Part shown: positions 26,201-41,200 of the stretch, one piece after another | Layout: each line of letters starts with the position of its first letter | How positions within the stretch are numbered: the first letter of the stretch is position 1 | Assembly: GCA_002633005.1 (NCBI GenBank) | Contig: NMRA01000073.1 | Span: 124,001-188,000 of the forward strand | DNA: 64,000 bases | From: Phoronis australis | Taxonomy: Eukaryota > Animalia > Phoronida | Reading direction: 5' to 3' | Notes under the pieces: model-generated | Told to the model about the DNA's origin: nothing | What the model saw: the letters and a program-made list of their open reading frames with translations, nothing else | The model's database searches: none | Translations under genes and position numbers: made by a program

Positions 26201-29200
26201 CATGCCATGGATGTAGTTCAGCAATTGGTCACAGAGGGCGTGAAGAGCATTGATAGCTGGGTATGGCAGAAACAACTGAGGTGAGTGACTGTGGGATGAT
26301 CACCACTCTTCAGTATACATTACAATAACATGGCACAACTGAAACTGTTAAATTTATCAATGAAATGAGTATGAAAAATTTAACATCAGCCTTTTTTGTT
26401 CCTGTACAGCAGTTTATTTGAGCATTTTAACAAATTGAATGAAAATTTTTGAAAAAGTGGAGTTTTTGTAATTCATTTTCTAGAAGATTTTGAGTGGATT
26501 ACAATGACTGCATTGTGATGCTTATAGTGATTTGTAGAGGCTAAGACATGTTAATATTAGCATCTGTTTACTATGAAATGCACTGCATACTACGTTGTGG
26601 GTACCTACACAGAGTTTGAAGCCTTTTATTGGAATTTTAAAAACATGCCTTTTTCATTCTTTTTACTCCTGATTGTGTTGGTTGGATATTTGAACACTCC
26701 TAACTCGGGTTATTTTACATTTAGTAACTAAGAATGGATATTTTGTTGTCAGGTTTTACTTATCCAATGGTGTCTGTGTCATGAGGATGGTGGATGCAGA
26801 GTTTAACTACACATATGAATACCAGGGGAATGCAGCCAAGTTAGTCCACACACCACTGACTGATAAATGTTATCTCACATTGACACAGGGTAAGTAATCA
26901 CTAATACAGTCTTAGAGCTGCCTAAGGCAGCATTGAAAGACCTAACCCCTCTTAATCTCTCTTTATTATATTTGTCTACTATAATAAGTGTTATCCTCTT
27001 GTGCCTGGATGTTGCATAATGCCATTATCATGAAAATTTACCTCTTGGATTGCGAAATTCATTCAGAAGTCATTATGGTTCACTTCACCTTATGATTGCG
27101 TCTCTCTTACACTTCCTCCATTCAATGTAGGAGATGGTAATGTTAAGACAAGTTCCATTGTGATAAAGTGAGAGCCTATGCTCAAGCCCAGTCATACATA
27201 CTCAATATGTTCTGTCTGATAGCAATTGTTTGTGCATTTAGATCACTTATTATGTAATAGATGTCTCAGACTCAGGGAAACCTTTAAATCTACAGTGAAA
27301 TGCTTTGCTAAGGTTAATTAGAAAGGTGACGTATCAGGTGCAACAGAAAATTTTCTTTGTTAACAAAACCGTCATGATTTTCCTGAATGCAAGCTGTTTT
27401 GTTTCAGGCATGCATATGGGCTTTGGTGGTAATCCATATGGCCCTGCTGGTACTGGCAAGACAGAGTCTGTGAAGGCGCTGGGTGGACTGTTTGGCAGGC
27501 AGGTCCTTGTATTCAACTGTGATGAGGTGGGTCTATCATTTAGCGAGGGGCAAAATATTGGATTTTTATGGTCATCTTCTTTGCCTGGCAATTGTTTTCT
27601 TTGGAGTTTTAACAGACTTAAAATTATAATTTAAATTTTCAATAGTTTCTTCAATTTTTGCATTGTGTTAAACTTGATCCTGAAAATTTGAATAGACATA
27701 AGATGTAAAATTAAACTCCAGGTTGTCTCTACTGGTGTGTCTGTCCATAACATATTTTAATTGATATCTGACAAAAAGAGTCATTTTTCAATATGTGCAA
27801 ATTAATGCAATATATGAGCACACACTACAACAAAAAGTACAGACAAAATTTTACCAAAATCTACCCATCTCGGGGTAATGAGGGTGGCGGTGTAAGGGGA
27901 AACAAAGAAAATTTTAGGCCGCTCTAAATGTTTTAAATTTAAAACATTTTTACAGCTACTATCTAGGCAGCATTCTGCACATCCAAATTGTGAGATAAGA
28001 TAGAAGTGTGATCACATGCTTTGTTTGTATTGCATGGCGATATCTCGTGAAGAGTTTCATGATCTTGCGTTTTCGCGAGTTTGTTGCATCTATAGAACGT
28101 AAGCCTGATGATGTCCTAGTTTGAGCACTTTGTTTTTTTCGTCATTGTGTGTTATTTTTATCAAGTCACGTTGCATCGTGGCTCTGGTGACCTTAAGCAT
28201 AGCTCTTTCTATTAGTTTAGCTGATAATATTTTACCTCTGATACAGGGTATTGATGTTAAGTCGATGGGCCGTATCTTCATCGGCCTGGTCAAGTGTGGT
28301 GCCTGGGGATGTTTTGATGAGTTCAACCGCCTGGAGGAGGCAGTGCTGTCTGCTGTTTCCATGCAGATCCAGGTCATTCAGGATGCAATCAAGGGCAAGG
28401 CTCCAACTGCAGATCTATTGGGCAGAACAGTAGGTGTCAGATTTTTTTAATAATAATTTTAATAACTTATTTAAGAATTGTTCATATTTAGAATACAATA
28501 GAATTGTAAGGCACAAGTCGAGTCACTGATGCAGGATTTTTGTTTCTTTCTTCATTTGTCGTTAGTTTCTCTTTAACATGAAAAAGTGTATTAACACACA
28601 TCATGACAAAAATATTAGTAATGCATGAAACGGTGGCTCATAACAGCGGCAGCTTTTAAAAAAAAATAAAATTTCACTTGACCTTCTGTTCAGTTAATCT
28701 GTTGAAAATCGTGATCAAGGAAATTAGAACAAAATAACTAAGTTATTATTGAAAATCATTAGATAATTATGCTCACCCCCTGCCTAAATTTTATACTTGT
28801 AAATTTTGTCTGTTTTTAATGACAACATGTTTGTCATTTTTTAAAACTATTATTAAGTAACTTCTTTAGCTAAACCTTCTTATTCTGCTTAAAATTTCTA
28901 TTGACTGTTCAAGTATGAAACACAATGGCGTGAACTCTAATACGCAGTTCACTAGTTATCTGACTTTGTACACCAACAGGTTGACATTGATCCCAATTCG
29001 GGCATTTTCATCACAATGAACCCAGCTGGCAAGGGTTATGGTGGACGGCAGAAGCTGCCAGACAACTTGAAGCAACTGTTCCGACCTGTAGCTATGTCGA
29101 AGCCAGACAATGAGCTTATCGCCGAGGTCATACTATTCTCTGAAGGCTTCAAGCAGGCCAAGTCACTAGGACGCAAGCTGGTTGCAATTTTCAACCTGTC

Positions 29201-32200
29201 AAAGTAGGTCATTTACATCTTACATTAAGTCAGAGAAATACAAATACTAGCATTATACAGGCACCAATTGCAATAAATATTTGTTAAAAATGTGGATAAT
29301 ATTCACTTACAGGGGTCCTGCATTTTGAGAACAACTTTTCTTCACTGAAAAACAGGCATCAAACTGGTTTTCAAAATCCGAGACCACTGTTAATGACTTT
29401 TGGCAAAATATGAATTGAGGAAATGAGTTTTGGAAGGATTGAAAATGTGTGAATTTATTTAGTGCATTGTGTTATTGTTTCCACCTGATCAATCACTTTT
29501 TCACTGGTGCGTGGAGCCATGTGAACTTAGGAGCCTTGTAAATTTAAGTTGGTCATCTATTACTGATAGTATTTTGCACTTGTGAAGATTCTTACTTTAA
29601 TTCACAGGGCCCAAAGTGCAAAAATTGAAAGATGAGATGAAAATGCTCTTATAAAGTCTTTATTCAAAAAAGTCTAGTGCTGCTATAGTATGCAGTTTCA
29701 TTGATCAGCCTGGTGCCTGTGACGGAACAATCAATCGTAGTGTCTAGTTTGCACTCTAAATGATCTCATGACAGCACACTTCATCTTGCAGAGAACTTCT
29801 GACCACACAGCAGCACTATGACTGGGGCCTGAGGGCACTGAAGACTATCCTGAAGGGATGTGGTAACTTGCTACAGGTGGCCAAGAAAAACTCCCAAGGA
29901 GGTATGTGTTAACGACTATAGCCAATATGAGTTCCTGAGGTTTGGTCACATTTTTGGCCAGGATGCTTATGAAATGTATATCATAACTTTTAAGTGGCGA
30001 CTCTAACCAAAATCGTCCTATATGCCAATCATTCAAGGCATCAAATAGACAGTAAACAGAATGCCAGTATACCACCATTTTTGGAAATAGCCACCTCTTT
30101 GAAATCGCAGAGGATCTCTTAAATTCATTTGCTGATAGAGACCAATTGCTGTTATGGCAAGAAAATGTGCAGGCGAGTTTGATAGCGTTTAGCCTATGTC
30201 ACACTGCTAAACAATAAAAACAGTGTCGTTTGTGTCATGTATTTCTACATAGGACTGGGTTCATTGGTTTCTGTTACTCATTTATATCAGTCCTGCAGTT
30301 GTCATGCTGACTAGCCGGATTCCTCCTCATCTTTCCCTTATAGATTAATTTCCCCTTGATTTTTGTATAGATTTCTTTATTGCTGCACTCGTTATTGGTC
30401 ATTCATTTTGAGTTCTACCATATCCTGTTTGGTATAAGGTCACGGGCTTGTATATTTTGCTGACTTATACCCAAGTGGGCTTGTATGGGACATTAGTGTA
30501 TAAAACCATAAGCTTGTATGGCACATTAGTGTATAAGACCATGGGCTTGTAATTGGTCTGATTTATACCTAGGTGGGCTTGTATGGGACACTGGTGTATA
30601 AAGCCATGGCCTTGAATCACTCAATCACTGTCATAATCTATTTTCCTGGGTTGCTTAGCACTAACCCACATAGTGATAGGGAACAAGTGAGTGATGACAG
30701 GTTGATTATTGTGGTAAGAGAGAGTAAACTGTCTTGTACCTGGAGTGATCATGTGAATTACATGAGAAAATGGGGGTTGTCAGCTTATACCAGGCAGTGG
30801 GCTTGTGTCAGAGTGGATATGGTAACTTGTGTTGCACTATCTTTCTTAATTTTCACTTTTTCTTCATCAGATTAAATCTAATTGTGGATAATACGCCAAA
30901 AAAATTTTCGGAGATTCAGAAAAGTATGTTTATGATTGCTGCATGTAGTGTAAAGTTCTGTAAGATGGTGTTGGATATTGCTGACAAGGACTTGTAAGTC
31001 TTCGTCTTAAATGAAAAAATGATGCACAATTGAATGTTCACGCCACCTTTTGATTGTAATCTGGCCATTACATGGGCACATCCAATATACATGCTCATTA
31101 CATGGGCATATCCAATATATATGCTCATTGCATGGGCATATCCAATATACATGCTCATTGCATGGGCATATCCAATATACATGCTCATTACATGGGCATA
31201 TCCAATATACATGCTCATATCCAATATACATGCTCATTACATGGGCATATCCAATATACATGCTGTAACTAGCAATATATCAACTTAATTATTATTTTGG
31301 CTTCCTGTCTCAACACTTTCACATCTTACTCTATCACTCTATCCTTAGTGTGTAAGCCTAGTCCTGGACCAGGAGCAATAAAAAGTTGTTCTGGTCAGCG
31401 AATGCTTGATGACAATATTATGTTGTCATTGTACGGGATGCCGATAAACAGTGAGTAACGCTCGCAAGATGCATGGTTATTATAGGATGACATGGGGATG
31501 GGTGTGGAAAGAGTTTAGAATTGTGCTGATGTATACGTTGAAAACTAAAGTGCAAGAGGTTGGCTGATAATGACATGCATGTTGCATCAAGTCTGTATGA
31601 TCTTTAAGTCTACAGACGATTAGAGCTAATTCATTTCTGTTTTAATTAACCTAGCACAGTAGTTGCTCTGATGAAAGTTCAATTAAAGTTCGTTCGTTAT
31701 TAATTAATATGCCAATTAACTGACTGGTTGCTTGAAGAGCTTCTAACATTTTGGGTTTTTGTTAAAATATGTCAATTTTTGAAAGCCATTTTGTTTATCG
31801 GTTTTGAGAAGCATGAAATTATAGGAATGTTGTAAATGTATAATAATTGCTTTTGGCTGCTCATGGACTTAATAACTATGACCGCATGCTGAAACTGAAG
31901 ACAGACAAAATAAGAAATGCTTGCACCTTTTCCTAGCAAATTTAGAAATTCAGTTGAACCTAACCATCACAGTGTCTGCAAAGTGTGTCTTGTTACCTTT
32001 TTGACAGCCAGAAGTAAAAACTGTCTAGTTTCTATTGATTTTTGAATTTTCTGTGCAGTTCAATGTTAGAGTCATTCACAAACCTTAGCAACGTCAAATT
32101 GGATTTGTTCTATCCTTACATCTTGGCCTTACTTGCTTGGCCTGTGAATTCTATATCGGGTTTTGATTAAAGTAATAAATGCAAAAAATAAGCCATGTAG

Positions 32201-35200
32201 TGTAGCATGTTTTCCAGTCTGAGGGAAATGTGTTACTTTTTGATTTCATGCAAGTTCATTGATTATGGTGGTAAAGCCATTTACTATATTTACAGTTTTT
32301 ACTTAATACTTAATAATTCTAATGCTTCGGTCATTATCAATTGTCACATGTCTCTGTCATCTGCTTCAGCCAAACTTGATGAGAAGATGGAGGCAAAACT
32401 TGTGGTGCAGGCACTGCGTATCAACACACTGTCCAAGTTGACCTTCATGGACAGTATACGATTTGATGCACTTGTCAAGGATGTGTTCCCGAGTGTCGAG
32501 TTCAAGGACATTGAGTATGAACACCTGGCCCAGGCAATTCGTGAAGTGTGTAAAGAAAAGAACCTGTCTGTGATTGAAAATCAGGTAGAAAACTTAAGAC
32601 AAACGACTGTTTAGTTAGTCTTTTGGAATATAGTTCTACGGTAAAATGTCTCAAATTTAGGAAAATTCATAATTTACTTTAATTTGTATTTTGACAAAAG
32701 ACAAGTAGTACCAAGTAAATCACTTATCATTTTTTAAGTTCTGAAGCATAGCTACCATGTGACAATGTTTTGAGAAATTGTGGACCGTCACAACAATGGT
32801 TACTTAGAAAATATGCCAATTTTGGCATTATTTTAATTCAAAATTGGTCTGACTCTACTGTGGTCATGAATGACTGTGTCAAGTAGTGATGTATAACCTG
32901 AATGTGTTAATTAATTAAAAGTTCCTTAAACCAGGTATCAGGAGTGCACTGTCCTCTTTATACCTCTGACAGTGGAACTTGAAAATGTTTTGCTTCAAAA
33001 AGGAAATGTTCAATTTTGGTTATATTGAGGAATTTGAGTAAGTGCTCAGAGTTGTTATATATCATTCAGCCAGAATGAAATATTTTGTAATCCATTACTT
33101 ATAATAATGGACCCTTGCAAGAGGTCATGTAATCACATGATTCAGATGTAATGCTTTTTGTTTAAAGTTTTAACCAACACCTGTGTGTGTCTGTATTGTA
33201 ATCTGTAAAAAAGTGGTGATGGCCTAATTACACTGAATAAGTAACCCGCTCATAGCGATATCTCGCAAAGTCTTGCATTTTCACGAGATTCTTGGGTTTA
33301 CCATAAAACTGTGCTGCTGAGTGTACTCATTGCATTCTTGCACACTCAAAAGTATTGCACTTTGTTCCATTGTATTGTGTAGATAAAGAAGGCGTTAGAG
33401 TTATATGAGCAACTACGTCAGCGCATGGGTGTGGTGGTGGTGGGACCCAGTGGATCTGGCAAATCTACTCTGTGGCAGACCTTGAGAGAGGCTATGAATA
33501 AAGTGGGCCAGACGGTCAAGATGTACACGATGAACCCCAAGGCCATGCCCAGGACACAGGTCAGTGGATTTGTGGTCAGGTAGTAAAAGTAGACATGATT
33601 TATGTGTATCAGCTCATTAGATGACAAAGAAATTTCTTATCATTTCAGCAGGATATAGATGTAGGATGTCTTGTGTTTGGATAACATATGCATTGACTGT
33701 TTATCAAAAAGATTGATGTTAGATTTTTTTAAGTTGTTCAACATAGCTCAAATGTTTCTACATTAAATTATCAAGAGCTTTTAGAATAATTTGCTTAATT
33801 ATACTAAGCAGGAAGTGTTTTTTCAATTTTGTTTGTCACTTTCAGTTGCTGGGTCAAATTGACATTGACACCAGAGAGTGGACAGATGGCGTACTGACCA
33901 TCAGTGCCCGGCAGGTGGTCAAGGAACCTCAAGGTAGTCTTTTTGCTCGATGTCTTTTTTTTTCTTCTCATCATTTTGATTGTGGATACAATTATTTTTT
34001 TACAAAATATATTCGATAATTGAATGTTTTGTAGTTTTACACTGTTAAACAAAAGTAGTCCTTTGAGCATTGAATTATTTTTGCCAGGTACGTTTTATTT
34101 TATAACAAATGATTGTCATCGTAAAGGTCATGTATGGAGATTTCTCAGTTGAATCGCGTTTTCTTATTTTGCTAAAGTTTTGCTAGGACTGTCTGGTGAG
34201 CCCAATACATCGAGAACAAAATTCGGTTGAACTCAATGACATGAAGAAGTTTAAGGTATATGTTTGTGAAAAACGATTTTGAGTGTGCATGATTCCAGAT
34301 ACCTCCCATTTAATGACTTTTTGTTACCTATAGTTATGTTGTGATTGATGATTTCACATCCTACTTGAAGATATAATTATGGTTGATGGCAGACGTTGGT
34401 TGACTCACTTTACAGAAATCCAGTCATGGATTGTATGTGATGGTGACATTGACCCAGAGTGGATTGAGTCCCTCAACTCTGTACTCGATGACAACCGGCT
34501 GCTGACGATGCCCTCTGGTGAACGCATCCAATTTGGTCCCAATGTCAACTTCCTGTTTGAGACTCATGACCTGAGCTGCGCTTCACCAGCTACCATTTCA
34601 CGGATGGGCATGATATTCCTCAGGTAATCTCATCATTTATTCATCTTACCTTTGATTTGAACAAGTTTGTTTAGCATTTCTGATGTTAAGATTAATGACT
34701 TGATTTTGTGGTTAAATTTGCCAATATATGAAATGTGTTGAAGGAAAGAACGTGCCTAGTTTGTGTAAACAGACAGACTTTGAAAAACTGTTTTTTCCTA
34801 GTTTTCTTTATAGTACTTTCTTTGAGGACTACTTTATTATTCGGTCTATTCCTAGTGACGAGGACACAGATGTGAAAGCCATCGTCCGATCTTGGCTGAG
34901 CAAGTTACCGGAGGATGAACAGCAGATGCTGGGTAGCATGATTGAAGACTACTTCCACAAGGCGCTCGAATGGGTCCTTAAGAAGGTAACACGCACTCAC
35001 TACCAGTTAAATAGCTTGAGAGTAACTGAAACTGCTACACCCAGCAGCACACCATTGGGTTTCACCCTCAATAACGCTATTCCAGTCCTTGTATTTCATG
35101 GGTGCAGGGAATGTTAGATTAACTTTGATCAGCTTTACTGAATTGAAATAGTTCATTTCTTAGAGTGATTGTAATGTTACACAAGTGCTACTTGTGTTTT

Positions 35201-38200
35201 TTGCGTTAGGTCAAAGTTTCTTTGGGTAGTTAATGTTCTCTTTAACTAGGACCCACCTCTGCCTTTGAGTGTGTTAGATGTTAATGATATTTTGCTTGCA
35301 ACATAAATTAATTCATTTGAAAATTTTATCATGACTTGTGTGCAGAAGGTAGATAGAGTGGTTATTTGTGATGTGTCAAAAACTTTGGAAGAACAATTCA
35401 AATTGTGTGTTCACATCACATCATTAGGTGTTTATGTGTGTACAGCATGCACTTCCTGTGTTGTGACTTGATTGTGAAGTACTGTGTGTCGGTGTCTGTT
35501 GCTGACACGTGTGTCGTGTGATGTTGTGTCATGTGTGATATTGTGTCATTTGTGATATTGCGCCATGTGTGATATTGTGTCGTGTGTGATATTGTGCCAT
35601 GTGAAAACATTGCTTTGCATTATTATATTCTTCTGATTAGTTATCGTCTGATAAAATGTCCTGTACAGAGAACTACATTATATTGTTAGTTACTATATAC
35701 TGCAATATTATTATGAAAGTTTATGTTTTATAAAAATTACAACATTCCTTGTCCCACATTTGAAACACCTTCTTTTTATCTCTTGCTTTTTATGAAGTAA
35801 CTGTGCAGCAAACTTTGGTCTGAGCTATTGAAAATAATGTTTATTACCAACAAAACTATCTCAGCAGTGTTAAAAATTCAGATCTTTTTTTTTTCTAAAT
35901 TTTTCATTTTTGTGCACTGGTCTTTTAAGGGATAAGGTTATCTCCCAGGTACTTGAATAGTCTCATACAAATAATCCTACAAAATACAACTCCACCTCAA
36001 GAATTTCAAATTTTTCTATGTTCTTAAAAAATATAATCATTGACTCTTTCATTTTGTAGAATGAGTTCTTCGTTGACACTACTCTGGTAGGTGTAGTCTT
36101 GAATGGATTATCTCATCTCCACGGTGTGAAAAGTAAGCCGCAATTTGCAGTCTCACTCATTCGTGGGCTCGGTGGGAATCTTAATGAAGCTGTCCGCCAG
36201 GAGTTTGCAAAAGAAGTAAGGAAATGTTTTTTTCAAAGAATTTTTCACAACTATGAAAACTTGGCAAATAATTTTGAGAGACGATGATGCCTTCCCATTT
36301 GTGGATGGATTCATTGTATTCTGGGCCATCCAGTGGCCATTTTTATGCAAGAAATTAAACACACCTAGAAGCACATCATTTGCTGCAGTGCAGTAGTGGG
36401 TGCATTGCAATGCTCCGTGTTGCTCTTGAAAAAGTATTCAGTATTATATTATGTATTTATAGTGCAATTTATATGAAACCTGAACTCCACAACTTGGTAC
36501 CTTACTGGGAGTATAATTACTGAAATTGCAATCATTGAATAAATAAAATTTGATATAAATCCAGTGAGTACAAACTGGAGTAAAAATATTTTGAGTAATT
36601 TAGGGATCTAAGTATTAAACTTTGGTGGTCACGGGCCCTGATCTCAAGTTGTTCCTCTGTTGGTTATTACCTGAAACCATACCCAGTGCATAAAATGACA
36701 CATCACTTCAAGCTCACTTGTTCTCAACCAATAATGAAGTGTGAGATATTTCTGAGTCCAGAAATACGCTGCAATATGTGTAAGGAATGAGTTGATGTTG
36801 ATTTCAAACTACAGCTAACTGTAAGTGGCCTAAGTCAAGAGCTAGTGTTTCTGACAGTTGTGTTCATTAATTCAAAAGTGTTTTGAAGTTGACCTCAGTC
36901 TCTTGCCATTCCTGCCAGGTGTTTGCCTGGACTCATGAAATGCCTCCAGACCAGAGACACCCATTGGACACTTACTATGATGAGAAGCTAGACAGGCTTA
37001 TGTCATACTCAATGGATGTAAGTATGAGCTTTTAAGACAAGAAATTTTTGTGCAACTTCAATGTAACATAATGTTCCATTTAAGTATCAGTTTTTTCTGT
37101 TCCTTATTTTGACATTAAATTATTTTTCATTGTTTTTGTATATTCTGTGTGGTACACCCAGTTTCAACCATTTGCCTTAATTATGCAATCATCAGTCAGT
37201 ATCTAATGTAGGGATTCTCCTGTAGCTCTTGCAGGTGTTGATTATAAAAATATAACTATGCTATCTCAAAACTGCAGGTTGAATTTGATGGTGAACTTAA
37301 TATTGACTTAGTTTTTGCTAATGTTACTGTGTGCCAATTTTCAGAGAGTAAGAATTCTGTTAGGTTATCAGGTTAGTCAAAACTAGTGGAGTCCCTGTGA
37401 ATCCCCAACTTTTGTCTATGTACCTAAACATGTGACCCTTCAACCTGCTGTTGCAATTTCTTAAATGAATCTTGTGTGTGCAAATACGACACTGCACTGT
37501 CTTAATGTGACTGCATTAGCCTGTTGAACTATAGCATTGTGTTTGACGTACTAGTCTGAAATTTAATTTAGTCAGTTGGAGTTGATGCATTGTGGTATGA
37601 ATGTGTATCCACTCAGTCAGACTAGACTCCACATCTTGAAACATTGTTTTGTGACGCGAAAATTGGTGAAACAACGTCTTTAGAATGTCATTTTTAAGAC
37701 ACAGGTCATGTTTTGCGGTAAATCTTAATTGTACAATCTACTGTTAATCCACTTGGTCAATGTTTATATTTCTATTGTTTCTAGTCTACAAATCTTATGA
37801 AGGTTGTAAAAATAAAAGTGATACAATGTATAGTGGTACTGCTGTAGTTTGGCGCTGTTATTTACATTTATTTGTGAATTTGGTAACATGTCGGTTATTT
37901 TATAGAAATAACATTCATTTTCTTTCACCAGGTGTCTGACAACTTAACTGCAGACAACTTCAATTCTCAAGACAATCTGCCCGTGATCCGCACGGCAGAT
38001 ATCCAGCGAGGACTTGACTACTTCAATCCTTGGCTTCATCCAGACAACAAACAGCCATTCCTGCTAGTGGGTCCAGAGGGCTGCGGCAAGGGGTTTGACA
38101 TTTTTATTGTCCTATTGTTTCTTAAGCTTGATTTAGGTAGAGGTCCTACTTTTAGCTGATGCATCAAATATTTAAATTCTAATTTCTTGAAACATGTCTC

Positions 38201-41200
38201 CGGTTTATTATGTGGTTTTGAAGCAGTGGACATTGTACTCTCACTGGTAATAAAGACATTGTGTGCCCCCCTACAAACTGCCATCAAACAGCTCACAAGA
38301 GAAACGGAGTTTCCAGTTCTTCGATTGTTTTTTTTAGGGTTAACACCAGTTGGTAGACTACAGTTTATGATATATAGTACAAGTGGCTTCATCTATTACA
38401 GCTTGCTGCTGAAGCACTGCTTCGAGCAATTACGGTCAACCCAAGTGGCCACAGTCCACTGCAGTGCTCAGACCAACCCCATCCACATCCTACAGAAGCT
38501 GACTCAGACCTGTATGGTGATCAGTACCAACACAGGCAGGGTCTACCGACCCAAGGACTGTGAGAGGCTAGTCTTATACCTGAAGGATCTTAACTTGCCC
38601 AAACCAGACAAATGGGGTACAAGCATGCTCATAGCTTTTCTGCAACAGGTACCAAGAATATGCAGTTAATATCATCTTTTTTAAACCATTATTTATCAGT
38701 GTGCTCCATTTGCTTTGAACACAGACATCTTGAGAAATGCAGTACCTTCTGTATGTTTAAATTCTTTTGATTTTCAGAAGACAGTTGTAGAGTTTTTTTT
38801 CTTGATAAAATCTTTATATCATGGCTTACAGTTAGTTTGTTTTCAAAACGTATTATCGGTACTGTTGTTTCGTAAAAATGAGGTACAAAATATCAACTTG
38901 GTCAGATTGAGGTATTTTAAATGTGTCTCCATTAGGTTCTGACCTACAATGGTTTCTATGACTCCAACTTGGAATGGGTTGGTCTGGAGGGGGTCCAAAT
39001 TGTGGCTAGCATGAACGGAGGAAGTACTCTTGGCCGACACAAACTGACCACACGATTCACCTCTGTTGTACGCATATGTAGCATTGGGTAAGTGCACAGT
39101 AACATCTAATGTAGTTCAAGCAATGCAATGAGAAAGTATGACTATCAACTTCATGAGTGTTAACTTAATAAATTGTAATTGGTAAATAGTTTCTTGCTAT
39201 TGCGATTGTTAGGTTTGATATCGTGAAGCAGAACACTTTCAAGAAAACCACATTGCAAATTCAGTGAGCCTACTACAATGTACACTGACTGTCATTTAGA
39301 GTTTTCCATAATATTACTGTGGATAACAAAAATTCAGTGAACCTTTGTGTCTGTTAATAATTACTCACTGACAGAAAACCTCCAACCTTATCGAGTCCAA
39401 CAACGACAAAATTGGATTGAGCCTTTCTCTAGGGAAAAGTGGGGACTACTTTATGAAAGCTCCTTTGCAAAGGTCAAAGAATCTTCATGACATTTACAGC
39501 AAGTTTTCAAAAATGCATGGGAAGTGAAACTGAAGTTAGCTGGTCATAATAACACATTTGGGCACTACATCACTTGTGTTGCACTATTAATTATATATTC
39601 ATGTTTAGCTCTATTTATTCCCCAGCTACCCTGACCATGAGCAGCTGCAAGCCATCTATGGAGCATATCTGAAGCCTGTACTGCACAAACAGTTGTCTAG
39701 ACACCCTATATGGGGTAACCCTGGCAAGGTGCACGGATTGGCAGGGTCTATGGTCTCTATCTATGAACAGGTTTGTTGTAGTGTTGAAGGGATTTAATAT
39801 GTAGGTTAGTAACAGTTACATTTAGTCCTCTGTTTGCTGTGTAAAGATGACATAAATGCATTTTATGCCGCATTTGTTATGAGATTTTTTATCTTTAAAA
39901 TTTCTTGTTTATGTTATTTTTTAATTCATAAAAGTCTTCACATTCCAGTTAAACAAATTTAACTTTGTGTTCTTAAAACATGTTTTCTTTTATATGACGT
40001 GAAATGTCTTTTTACAAGTTTTCCTAATAAGATTTTATATTACTATACATACTGGTTTGTTTCACTGATTTCAAGTTGGAAAGAGACACTGCTCTTAGAA
40101 GCAATGTCCATGGATTTTAAGGTGACCAGGCTATCTTTGTCATTTCTAACTTTTCATTAATTTTCTGTTATTTCACAGTAATTGGTGTTATTTTACAGCT
40201 GCGCAAAAGTTTCACAGTTGATGACTACAGTCATTACCTATTCACACCACGTGACCTCACTAAATGGGTACTAAGTCTGCTGCGTTATGACCTCAATGCC
40301 TCGGCCAGTGAGAACAAGAGTGACTACGTTTTGGAGGTGTTTGCCTATGAGGCATGTCGCCTGTTCCGAGACCGCATTGTTGGACAAGATAGCCTGAGCA
40401 GATTTGATAACATCCTCATATCTGTCATTCAATCAGACTGGAATGTGAATGTTGGTGATTGTTTACAGAGTGAGTGGAATTTTTTGCTACTCAATGTAAT
40501 ACAGATCATTGACTTTCTTTAATATTTGCAGTTAAAGCAGCTTAGAATCAGGAAATGACTTATTGCCTGTGTTTAGTTGGTCAATGGTTGTCAGATAGAG
40601 ATATCTGGTCATCTTATGACAAAAATGGCTTCAAGCCCTGCTGTAGTACTTAAGAGTGTTGGATACTTAGCTTTGATGATCGTTAACCAATAAGTAAGGT
40701 TGTTTATGAGATCGTTTTTGTCGTCTAGTTGGTCTACGCCAATAACTGCAGATGCTAATCCTTCTGTGATGTACAATGTACGAGACAGTGTGCTGTGATA
40801 TTACATGTGCCAGATTATCAAAAAGACTCAACAAAGTTTATGTTGATTAATGTCAATATTAAGGCTGATGCTCTAGCACATGCCTGTCACCTTCAGTTTA
40901 GGTTTCAGCTAACTGTGCAGGGAAGAGAAATTAGGCCTTTTAAGTTTATTCTTGTCATTTGAATGCGTGCTACGTTTAGTGGTGATTTATTTGGCACTAT
41001 TTTGATGTAATTTGGACCTGCAAATGCACAGTCACATCCTATTGTCAAAAATTTCACAGGTCTTGGATATTTTTCCATTCTGGTAATCAGGGGGGGCATT
41101 TTAGTACTTGAAACTTTTACAAAAACATTTGTGATTAATTGGTACACGCTGACAACAGTTGCACCCATTGTATGCTCCTTGAGATTTGAAAAGGATTAAG

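Noticed and set aside
30916-31288. Stack of overlapping ORFs on both strands
   Set aside because: Produced by the stop-free 30-bp minisatellite.
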